From contig NC_043021.1 of the NCBI RefSeq assembly GCF_006345805.1, positions 2,790,001 to 2,854,000 of the forward strand: a stretch of DNA of 64,000 bases. Direction: 5' to 3'. How positions within the stretch are numbered: the stretch's first letter is position 1; each line of letters starts with the position of its first letter. Source of the stretch: Octopus sinensis (lineage: Eukaryota). The notes beneath the pieces are model-generated. The model searched no databases. It was not told the origin of the DNA and saw only the letters and a list, made by a program, of their open reading frames with translations. The position numbers and the translations under genes were made by a program. Below, piece by piece: positions 52,844-64,000 of this stretch.

Positions 52844-54300
52844 GTAAGGAGATTTGTTTACATTTCATTTTCCAACTTGCCCTCTCTCTTTCTCTTTCAT
52901 GCCTCTCTCTTTCTCTTTCTTCCGTTTACTTCTGGGTGTTTGGTTAAATGCCTTGTTAGGGATCTATCTTGGTGCATCATATTTCATAGGGAGACATAGG
53001 GAGAATTCTGTCTCATAACCAAAATATTTCCATATTCCTACACAATCACTCTGAAACAAATGTTCTTAGAGACCTGCTTCCTCTTGTTGGACATGTTTCT
53101 CCTTGTCTTCATATCTTTTCTGCTTTCATAAAAGCCAAATTAATACAGATTTTGGTGAAACAAATGCTTTTTATGGAATTGACTCAAAATTCTGACTTTC
53201 TTTCCCTCCAAGATCAGTTTTGCTTTTCATTTTTCTTCTAATGATAATTCGTTAGACTGGTGGGAAAGTGGTTAGCAGTATTTCTTTCAGCTCTTTGTGT
53301 TTTGAGTTCAAATCCTGTTCAGATTGACTTTGCTTTTCATCTTTTTTAGAGTTAATTGAATAAAGTACCAGCTATATGCTGGGGTTGCCTCGAAACTGTT
53401 GGCCTTGAGTCTAAATTAGAAGCTGTGAGGTTAGGAAGGTGAGGAACGGGCAAAATTGTTTGAGCATAGGAAAAAAAAACTTTGAGTTTATTCTTTTCAG
53501 GTCAACTTTTGTCTTTCATTTTCCAAGGCTAATAAAAGAAGTACTAATTAATTACTGGGCGAGGCGAGGAGGTGGGGGTGATCTGATAAAATCAACTTAC
53601 CCCCTCCACACCACACCCTTAAAATTGCCTGAATTAGAAACAATTATTTAAGGAAGGCAGCAAACTGGCAGAACCGTTAGAACCTCTGATAAAATGCTTT
53701 GCAGAGTATTTCCTCAAGTTTGCCACATTCTGAGTTCAAATCCTGTGAAGGCCAGCATTGCCTTTGTTTTTTTTTTTGATGCCAAGTATTGAGGTCAATG
53801 GTATCTGTTACAGCGGCAAGCTGGCAGAAACGTTAGCACGCCAGGCGAAATGCGTAGCCGTATTTCGTCTGCTGTTACGTTCTGAGTTCAAATTCCGCCG
53901 AGGCCGACTTTGCCTTTCATCCTTTCGGGGTCGATTAAATAAGTACCAGTTACACACTGGGGTCGATATAATCGACTTAATCCGTCTGTCTGTCCTTGTT
54001 TGTCCTCTCTGTGTTTAGCCCCTTGTGGGTAGTAAAGAAATAGGTATCGGTTACAGCCCCTCCCCTCAATATTGATGGCCTTGGGAGGTATATGACTAAG
54101 TGGTTAGAGTGTTGTACATAAGTGCATGCATATTTTGCCCTTACTTATAAATTGTTTATAAATTTAACCCTTAAAGGTATTTTTTAATATGCTGGCCATT
54201 GATAGAATTTTTTTCGAAAAATTTTATCCTACATTAGATATATATGTATATATATAAATGTATGTATGTATATATATATAAATATATTATATACTAATAT

Positions 54301-54362
<62 letters not shown>

Positions 54363-54532
54363 GTTAATCCAAACAAGAAAGCACAAAAAAACACAACGCG
54401 AGGACGTGGAACAAATATAGTATTATTGGACGCTCAGGAAAGAAGGAAAGAAGGAGGGTTTAACGTTTTGAGCAAGCTCTTCGTCGGGAACATAGGAGAA
54501 GGAAAGATCCAGATGTATATATATATATGTAT

Positions 54533-54632
54533 NNNNNNNNNNNNNNNNNNNNNNNNNNNNNNNNNNNNNNNNNNNNNNNNNNNNNNNNNNNNNNNNNNNN
54601 NNNNNNNNNNNNNNNNNNNNNNNNNNNNNNNN
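54533..54632. other. Assembly gap (100 N)
   Basis: Run of exactly 100 N, typical of a placeholder gap of unknown size. Confidence 0.99.
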
Positions 54633-56016
54633 TTGTGGGAAGAAGTTTGCTCCCCAACCATATGGTTCTGAGTTCAGTTCCACTGCGTGGCACTTTGAAC
54701 TATGTGAAAATATCTGCCATACAAGAAATGTCAGGCTTGATATTTCTTAGTTCATCAGGAAGAACAGAACTAGAGTCTTGCAAGAATTCAACAAATGTTC
54801 CAAAAGGAGAACAGAAACATTTCACACAAGTTTCCCTTTGACAGTCCTTGAATTTCTGTGTGCAACAGCAATTATTCAAAATCTTCATTGTTTTCTGTGT
54901 GTAGAGCAGTCGAGGATTGAGAGCATGTGCCTTGATTTTATTCAAAGCTGTGATAACAGCACTTCACAATTTTTTAAGTCTACCACCTGGGTTGTGAATT
55001 ATGCAGGTGCAGGAGTGGCTGTGTGGTAAGTAGCTTGCTAACCAACCACATGGTTCTGGGTTCAGTCCCACTGTGTGGCATCTTGGGCAAGTGTCTTCTG
55101 CTATAGCCCCGGGCCGACCAATGCCTTGTGAGTGGATTTGGTAGACGGAAACTGAAAGAAGCCTGTCGTGTATATGTATATATATATATATATATATAAG
55201 TGTGTGTGTATATGTTTTGTGTGTCTGTGTTTGTCCCCCTATCATTGCTTGACAAACCGATTGCTGGTGTGTTTACGTTCCCGTCACTTAGCAGTTCGGC
55301 AAAAGAAAGACCGATAGAAGTACTGGGCTTACAAAGAATAAGTCCTGGGGTCGATTTGCTCGACTAAAGGCGGTGCTCCAGCATGGCCGCAGTCAAATGA
55401 CTGAAACAAGTAAAAGAGTAAAAGAGAAAAATACCAGGTACAACTTTTTTCATTAAACTAATGAAGCCATGATGACAACCTACCATCAATGATCCCCATC
55501 TGTTGCACATGCTAGAATATCGGAAAGCGGGATGTCTTTCTCTCTGAAAAACACATCAACATGAAATATTGATTCCCCTTTTGTGTCTGTTTTTAGTTCA
55601 TTTGCAAATGGTAACCCCTGAACCAAACGCTAATCTTTGACAAAAGGAACACAGGCAAGAAGTAAACTTCTATTGCCTTGTAGAGGTGATTCATCTAACT
55701 CTAAGCTAAATCCAGTTCTTCTAAGAATGTTGCACAACATGTCTTCAATGTTTGCAGCCATTTCATCCACTTTTCTTTCAACAGAATTATCACTTAAAAG
55801 AATAGCTTTAATGATTTCTTCAGGTGATTCACGTACAATTGTGTGCAAAACCTCTCTTATTGCTGGCAGAATAAACTTCTCTCCTGTTGTAAGAGGCTTG
55901 CCAGTTCTAGCAATCTGTAATGAGGTGCTGTATGATGCACACAAACCACTACCAGCTTGTGAAATGCTAGCAAACATATTTCCAATGCTTTTTCAGTCAG
56001 AAAGTTTTCTTGAAGT

Positions 56017-56059
56017 TGTAAGAGGATGAGAGATTCCTGCACTGGATGGGTGCAGCTCG

Positions 56060-56095
<36 letters not shown>

Positions 56096-56518
56096 TAACG
56101 TCCGTTCTCCATGCTAGCATGGGTTGGACGGTTCGACCGGGGATCTGGGAAGCCAGAAGGCTGCCCCAGGCTCCGGTCTTATCTGGCAATGTTTCTACAG
56201 CTGGATGCCCTTCCTAATGCCAATCACTCCGTGAGTGTAGTGGGTGCTTTTTACGTGCCACCTGCACTGGTGCCAGGCGAGGCTGGCATCGGCCACGGTC
56301 GGATTGGTGCATTTTACGTGCCACCTGCACGGAAGCCAGTCGAGGCGGCACTGGCTTCGGCCACGATTCGGATAGTGCTTTTTACGTATCTCCAGTCCAG
56401 GGGTCCTGGCATCTGCCAGGTGCCAGTCATAGGATTGGTTCAATTTCGATTCCGATTCCGATTTCGATTTACATTAAATCCTTTACATTAAATATTAATT
56501 CAAGATGGCGTCACTACA
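56017..56518 (-). mobile_element. Short (~85 bp) solo LTR with 4-bp TSD, split by a family-D retroposon
   Basis: AAGT|TGTAAGAGG...GCATC [retroposon ~56062-56478] CTTTACATT...CACTACA|AAGT; TG...CA termini; nearly identical to 56851-56935. Confidence 0.75.
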
Positions 56519-56783
56519 AAGTGACTGGGAATATGTCAACTTTTTCTCTGCTTTTTCAGAGGGTATTTTTCTCAAATGTTCAAAAAGCCTGGAAGGTTTC
56601 ATGGCCCAGAGGAAGGAAATGTTTATATTGCGAATCAAGAAATAAATATTTATACTGTTGAATTTAATCGGAAGTCTTGACTCTTTCTTCGATTAATATT
56701 AATGTAAAGGATGCGAGCTGCACCCATCCAGTGCGGGGACCTCTCACCCTGTTACAATTGGTGACCCCTACGTGATTCAAACA

Positions 56784-56848
56784 CGCAACGGTAGCGCATC
56801 TGACTCAAGATCAGAAGGCTGTGTGTTCGAATCACGTTGGGGTCACCA
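56784..56848 (+). pseudogene. Retrocopied tRNA-Trp body (about nt 11 to the 3' CCA), anticodon reads CAA
   Basis: CGCAACGGTAGCGCATCTGACTCAAGATCAGAAGGCTGTGTGTTCGAATCACGTTGGGGTCACCA matches eukaryotic tRNA-Trp; encoded CCA; 5' acceptor strand missing. Confidence 0.8.
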
Positions 56849-56850
56849 AT

Positions 56851-56935
56851 TGTAACAGGATCAGAGATTCCTGCACTGGATGGGTGCAGCTCGCATCCTT
56901 TACATTAAATATTAATCGAAGATGGTGTCACTACA
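56851..56935 (-). mobile_element. Short LTR followed (minus strand) by AT and a tRNA-Trp PBS
   Basis: Minus strand: ACTT|TGTAGTGAC...CCTGTTACA-AT-TGGTGACCCCAACGTGAT. Confidence 0.75.
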
Positions 56936-57715
56936 AAGTTACTGGGAATATGTCAACTTTTTCTCTGCTTTTTCAGAGGGTATTTTTCTCAAATTTCCAA
57001 AAACCTGGAAGGTTTCATGGCTTTGTTTGAAAAAAACTTTCTCACCCAGTTGGAACATTGGTTGCCTCTTGTTATTTGGTATGGCACAAAACCATACTTA
57101 AGATATTCCACACTTCATTGCCTACACTTCATTCTAGCTTGTTTTGCTGTAGCCATATTTTATTCTGAAAAAAAAAAAGAAAAAAAAGAAAGAAAATCTT
57201 TGTAAAAAGCTGTTGTAGTGTTAAGTGAAAGTTGGATACTTTTAATACGTTTATTATTGTATTGAGTGAGCCTGACTTTCGATTCAGAAGTCGAAAGAAT
57301 AATTCAATATGATTGGCCATCATCTGCAAAGTATAATCTTTGTGAGCTTACTTTTGCTTTATTCAATAAACAAAGACTGTACAAGTAGGATAAAAAAAAA
57401 AACAAAAAAAAAAAAAACGGAAAAATGGATTATGAAGAATTTTGAGGTAGTGTAATTTCCATAATTACATTGAAAAAGAGCCGAGGAAAACCAACTACAT
57501 ACATACCAAGTGAACTCCATTGAAATTTTCTTATTTTCTTCCAGACTATTCAGCTCACTGCATTGTGCCTCATGGGAAGCTAATGTCTACAAAACATTCT
57601 CATGCATTTGGTAATAATGTGGTTGATGTCTTGATTTAGTTTTGCACAGTCTACATGTATTGTCTATCAATGTTTTTTCTGCCTCTTACACGGCAGACCA
57701 GTGGCATAGATTTAA

Positions 57716-57935
57716 CCCTTTCGTTACTGTATTTATTTTGAGATGCTCTGTGTTTCTTTCAATTACTTTAAATATAAGAAATAATTTAGTAAAATAACTT
57801 AGTTATCATTAAGCTAATGTTAGGAACATAAATTGTGACTAAGGTTTGGTGGCAGATTTTAATTGAAAACTTATGAAAACAAGACATTTATATTCAGAAC
57901 CAGAGCCGGTTTCAGCCGGGTTGGTAATGAAAGGG
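57716..57935. mobile_element. piggyBac-like MITE
   Basis: TTAA|CCCTTTCGTTAC...GTAATGAAAGGG|TTAA. Confidence 0.75.
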
Positions 57936-58337
57936 TTAAGTAAACCATATAGATCTTTTAGTTCTTTTAGCCATTAGAATGTGGTCCTGCTGGGGCACCA
58001 ACTTTAAGAAATCTTAGTGAATGAATTGACCCCACTACTTTCTTTTTTAGCTAAGTTACGGGGGCGTAAACAAACCAACACCAGTTGTCAAGTGGTGATG
58101 GGGACAAACACAGACACTAAGAAACACACACACACTCACACACATGTATATACGAAGGGCTTCTTCCAGTTTCTACCTACCAAACGAATAATATTGCGCT
58201 TGAAACTTAAGAGTACCAATGATTTTGAATCAAACTATTTTAATCCATACATATAACTCCCAATAAATTGGTTGAGTACCTTTCTTTCATTTGTCCACTC
58301 ATCTATATATATATGTATGTATGTCTATATATATATT

Positions 58338-58609
58338 TGTAATAGAATATGTGACAATTATTCGGTTGCCATAATAAAACTCCAAGTTTCGGATGTCGGG
58401 TTGGAAACATATACCGGCATCTCTTCAGTTATCGAGGCAATCAAAAATGAGCTTCAGACACTGGGATGAAAGGAAGATGACCAAATTATCTAAAAAGGCA
58501 TATTTTGATTGCCTCGATAACTGATGAGATGTTGGAGCAGGTTTCGGCCCGACATCCGAAACTCAGAGTTTTATTATGATAACCGAATAATTGTCACACA
58601 TTATATTAC
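58338..58609. mobile_element. Inverted Penelope-like terminal repeat pair carrying hammerhead motifs on both strands
   Basis: ~115-bp inverted arms; + strand GATAA-CTGATGA-GATGTTGG...CCGACATC-C-GAAA-CTCAGAGT-T-TTATT (58516-58575), mirror copy at 58373-58433. Confidence 0.65.
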
Positions 58610-58693
58610 AGATAAATTCCTCTATTTACATAATATTGAGGTCTCTTTCATTCTTTTGTTGTCTTACCATTACCCTCTCTCTCTCTCTCTCTA

Positions 58694-58747
<54 letters not shown>

Positions 58748-58991
58748 CTATATGTATACATTGTTGGTGATACTCCAGCATGGCCATGGCCCTCGAGCTG
58801 AAATTTGTAAAAGAGTAAATGAGTAATATGTATATAATACACACACACTCTCGTATATAGATACAAACACATACGTCCATATATACACACACATACATTT
58901 CTCTTTATGTGTAGATATATACCTGTCTGTTTATCTGTCTCTCTCTGTCTCTCTCTCTCCATCTATCTCTCTACCTGTCTGTCTCTGTCTA

Positions 58992-59032
<41 letters not shown>

Positions 59033-59409
59033 ATCTGCATTTTCCTACCTTCTCTTCTCACACAACATTATTACATCATCAATATCACAGCAGAGAAAGC
59101 AACAACATTTTTGGTTGTTTACAGTTCACAAAACAGAAGCTGGTTTTGTTTACTCAGTCACTGAAGATGCTGGTCTGGAAGATACCAAAGACTGATAAAT
59201 TTCTGTTGCTATAGCAGCGGAAATTATAGATTTCAGTGAATTATTATTCTTTTAGTCGTGTTTATAGAAGATTGAAAACGCAGGGGAACAACCAGAGCAA
59301 ATTTTAAAGAAAATTTTCGTTTTAGAGTTGAATTCTTTTGAACGAAATAATTCAATATGTTTTACATTTTCTACCATATTTTATGTATTTACAATGTCTG
59401 GGTGTATTT

Positions 59410-59846
59410 GTGTGTGCGTATGTATGTATGTATGTGTGTATGTATGTATGTATGTATGTATTTATGTATGTATGTATGTATGTATGTGTGTGTGTATGTA
59501 TGTATGTATGTGTGTATGTATGTATGTATGTATGTATGTATGTATGTATGTCTGTGTGTGTGTATGTATGTATGTATGTATGTATGTATGTATGTGTGTG
59601 TGTGTATGTATGTATGTATGTATGTATGTATGTGTGTATGTATGTGTGTATGTATGTATGTATGTATGTATATATGTGTGTGTGTATGTATGTATGTATG
59701 TATGTATGTATGTGTATGTGTGTGGTATGTATGTATGTATGTGTGTGTGTGTATGTATGTTTGTATGTGTTGTTGTTGTGTGTATGTATGTATGTATGTA
59801 TGTGTGAATATGTGTGTGTATGTATGTATGTATGTATGTATGTATG

Positions 59847-59893
<47 letters not shown>

Positions 59894-60136
59894 ATACTTA
59901 TTCATATTTATACATATACAGTATATACACACCCCACCACACACACATAAACAATATATTGAAAGGGACAGATATAGATTGGTAAGTAGATAGATGGATG
60001 GATGGATGGATAGATAGACAGACAGACAAATCGATAGATAGATAGATAGATAGATAGAAGATAGATAGATAGATGATGGATAAATAAATGGATAAATAAA
60101 TAGAAAGATAGAAAGAAAGATAGATAGATAGGTATA

Positions 60137-60168
<32 letters not shown>

Positions 60169-60263
60169 ATTATATATATAATATATATATATATATAATA
60201 TATATAGATAAATAGATAGATGTAGATAGATATAGAGAGATAGATATATATAGATAGATAGAT

Positions 60264-60310
<47 letters not shown>

Positions 60311-60940
60311 TAGATAGATAGATAGATAGATGGATAAATACATAGATAGGTAAATGGATAAATGAATAGAAAGATAGACTGCTACATGGATAAATAAATA
60401 GACAGAGAGACAGACAGATAGATATATAGATAGATAGAGAGATAGACAAGCAGAGACAAATATTTCTCCTTGTATTTTTTTTATCTGTCATGCATACACA
60501 CACACACACATTTGCACGCATGCACATACCTACATGCATACATACACACATATATGCATACATACATCCTTACATACATGCTTGTGTGTGTGCGCATGTG
60601 TGTGTGTGTGCGTGTTTAATGTGTGCAAAAAACAAAAGTAATAAAACCAGATAAACAGACAACGATATGAACATATACCTACAGGGAGAGATTGATAAAT
60701 GCATAAACAGAGATATGTAGATAGATAGGTAAACTGAGAGCCAGGTAGAGAAACACAAGGGGAGATAGTCAGAGAGATAGGCAGATAGCCAAATAAGGGT
60801 GACAGACAGATAGACAGAAACAGAGACAGACAGACATACAGACAGACATAGATGCAAACAGACAGACAGACAGAGAGACAGATAGGCAGAGAGAGATAGA
60901 GATAGATAAATGGATAAATAGATAGATAGATAGATAGATA
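59410..60940. repeat. Compound microsatellite block (TATG, TG, GATA, TA, GACA)
   Basis: Directly visible. Confidence 0.9.
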
Positions 60941-61176
60941 TGTTTCTTTATTAGCCACACAGGGCTGCACACAGACAGGACAAATTACAAGGTAGAGCTT
61001 TTCTTTTGGGGGTAAAAAAGGGGGTTTGGTTTTCGATCAAAAGGGATCGTAAAGGGAAAGAAAGAGGACAAAAAAAGGGGGAATAAAATTTAAAAAAAAA
61101 ATGGATAGGTAAATAGGTAGATAGATAGATAAATAGATAGATAAGTTCAGAAGATAAACTGACGAATAGGAGAGAA

Positions 61177-61286
<110 letters not shown>

Positions 61287-61993
61287 GGGAGAGAGATGTG
61301 GGCGAGTGAAACGAATTGTGTGTATATCTGTGAAATTGAGAGAGGAAAGTTGTCAGAAATATATACATACATACGTGCATGCATATATATATATATATAC
61401 ATATATATTGCACATATACATACATACATATATATATACATAACACCTGCGTTTAACTCCATATATATATATATATATATATACCATTCAACTACAGTAG
61501 TAGTTGAATAATATTCTTAAGGCCGCAATTTTCTCACAGCATCTTCCAGAGCTTGTCGCTAATTCAGTTCTTAACCGAATTGAAAACCGTTAACATTTTT
61601 GAAGAGGATTGGTCCCTAGGTACATTTTGGCATAAAAAGATTGAGATTTGATCCAGAAAAAAAAACTTTACATCAAAATTTGTAGGAATGTTATAGGCGA
61701 TTAAGTAATGCCACCAATCAAGTTAAGATCTCAATAACTTTTTTTTATTTCAAAAGCAAAATATATGTATCTTAGCTTCAATGATAGAAGAAAGCATGAA
61801 GAATTTCATAGTTTTGTTCCCATGCAACAAAAATTTGTATAAAAAATGTTGGGGCAAAACATCATGAAAAAATATAGGGCAAAAAAATTAGATTTAAGTA
61901 TAATTAACTTTTTTATTATTTTAAAAAAAACCATATATATTTTAGGGAATGTACTTGCATAGCAAGTGACTTGATCCGAGATCGTGTGTGTAT

Positions 61994-62028
<35 letters not shown>

Positions 62029-63440
62029 ATATATATATATATATATAATATATATTATATATATATATATATTATATTTACACACGCACACATATATATA
62101 TAATGATAATTAATATATAATAATAATATAATAGTAATAATAATAATAATAATAACAATAGGGAGTATAACTCCAAACTTACAGGGAAAATTCAATTTAG
62201 TATGAAATAAAATTTCACAATATAAATATATAATATATAAATTAGAGAAAATATATAAATTATTGTTTATATGTTTATTGACAGAAAAATATGGATTTTT
62301 AATTACTATATTTGTTGATTATAATTCAGATATATATTTTTATATATTTATTATTTCATAATTATTATATGTGAACTAAAATCTAAAAATATTAAGAGTG
62401 ATTGTTTTGTAAAATAGTTTGGTAATTCAATATTAGAGTATAATTAGGTTAAAGATATTCCATAGTTTATTAATGTTTTTTATTAAGCTAAATTATATCC
62501 TCACAGATAAATACATTTTCTATCTATTTACTCTATTTTTTTTACCCTGAATATTTAACATAATAAATGTATTGTAGGCAAATGGTCCTAATATTTTAAG
62601 TTTCAAATTTAGTTAATGGAGTTTCTTCTATAAGAAAAAAATCATTATTTTATTTTTTTAATAAATATTGTTTAATTCTATTTGCTTATTTATTTAACTA
62701 TTATTGTTATTATTGTTAACCCGAAGAGTGACTATATTTTTTAATTGAATTGATTTTCGATTAAATTTAAATGTAATTCGAATTTAATTTTCGCCATGAA
62801 ATGTACATAGTTTTTTTTACTTATTATATATTGATTATTCATTTTTGTACTTTTTGTGATCTAGTTTAAAAAAAATATATTTTATTTTTTATTTATGATT
62901 AGGTTTATATCTATCATTGTTTGAATTGCATAATAGTGGTTTTTCTCTAATTTATACACACACACACAATCAATCTTACTATAATTGGCATTGTGTCCAT
63001 CTGCCTGTACGTCTGTCTGTTCCCTCTTCACGGCTGGTTGGCTTGATCAAAATGGTTATGATATTTTTCGGGATTACAAAGACGGTTGACGGGAAGGATT
63101 TTAGCTTTAAAAAATCAGAAAGTATGATTTTTCGTGGATATCGATTTTTATAAAAAATTCACCAACCACGAGTAACTCTGGATTTTCATCGTATAGCTCG
63201 TGGCCCCATCGTAGATACAAAGGGAGTCACGAGGATGGTTAGTAGCAAAAGTAAAATGGGAAAAGTGTAAGTATATAGTGTGTGTGATTATTTAGTGGTT
63301 AATGAAGTGTGTCAGTCTGGAGCAGGATTCGATGCGGCTGTTGTTTACATCTCAGTTTTGTCAATCGAAATAACCCATGGTACAGAACATCCAGACATTA
63401 TTCGCATAGAACAGGAAACCACGTGATTGAGAAGCAAATG

Positions 63441-63866
63441 GGATCTTTTCAGTTTGCCCGGCAGTTTTTAAAAATAATTTCCACTGTAGCTAAACACTTT
63501 TAAAGTTCGTATACTGGTAGAATGTGTTTATAAAACATCTTTTTCTCTTGGCTTTATTGAGAAAATTCTATAGTTTGTAAGATATTTGTTGTTTTTTTTT
63601 CTTCAATTTCTGCAATTTCAACCAATCAATGACGTCTATTGAGGTGAAGACATTCTGTGCCGTATGAATATGTCCCTCGTTTAAGAAACAGATTGGGTTT
63701 ATTTACATTTCTGAAGAAAAAAAAGATACCCTTCCCCCCACCCCAAAACCTAACCCTAACCCTAAAACAGATTGAAATGCAATAGATCGATACTAGGGTC
63801 ATAATTATGGGTGACAATTTCATATGACACCGCTAGAAAAAACTGCTGGTCAAACCGAAAAGATCC
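63441..63866. mobile_element. Merlin-like MITE with an internal (CCCTAA)n tract
   Basis: ~30-bp TIRs starting GGATCTTTTC; perfect 8-bp TSD AGCAAATG; cctaaccctaaccctaa at ~63748-63765. Confidence 0.75.
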
Positions 63867-64000
63867 AGCAAATGTCTTAACCACACAACCATGCTCGTAC
63901 TTATTGGTGTATGTTATAGAACGAAAAAATGATAAGAGAATTGGGCAAATCAAAGACATACAGAAACTTAGCAAATAATGAACGAGACAGATTAAAAACC

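Larger units (their letters stand above)
55430..57156 (-). pseudogene. hAT (Buster/Charlie-like) transposase relic, interrupted by LTR and SINE insertions
   Basis: MATAKQARMKCRQ*SVEYLKYGF...FSNKAMKPSR (BED finger) then SYSTSLQIARTGKPLTTGEKFILPA...LSDNSVERKVDEMA...FSLELDES...LACATDG; stops and frameshifts. Confidence 0.85.

Noticed and set aside
56784-56848. Functional tRNA-Leu(CAA) or tRNA-Trp gene
   Set aside because: The 5' acceptor strand is missing, CCA is encoded and the sequence is fused to an LTR end, so it is a retrocopy.
57545-57610. Exon-like segment after a good acceptor (third exon-7 candidate)
   Set aside because: No YDP or CPIF motif in any frame and no P2X similarity.

Overview
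Repeat-rich, AT-rich eukaryotic genomic DNA, most likely an octopod cephalopod (inferred from the dense tRNA-derived SINE families and microsatellites). The one well-supported host gene is a + strand P2X purinoceptor (P2X4-like ATP-gated channel), missed almost entirely by the ORF track. I assembled coding exons 1-6 (29440-42611) by hand with consistent GT-AG phases. They are followed by two paralogous copies of exon 7 (48945-49074 and 52690-52843), both intact and with identical phases, which look like mutually exclusive exons for the dorsal-fin module of the ATP site. Exons 8 onward were not found (100-N gap at 54533-54632). Other notable structures are a head-to-head LTR-PBS junction bridged by a reverse-transcribed, CCA-bearing tRNA-Trp inside a dead hAT transposase, and Penelope-type minimal hammerhead ribozymes, one of them sense-oriented between the two exon-7 copies. 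The window also holds fold-back hairpins, maT/Tc1/mariner/hAT/piggyBac-like/Merlin-like DNA transposon relics, RTE/CR1/Penelope fragments and local tandem amplifications. Most ORF-track entries are repeat artefacts.
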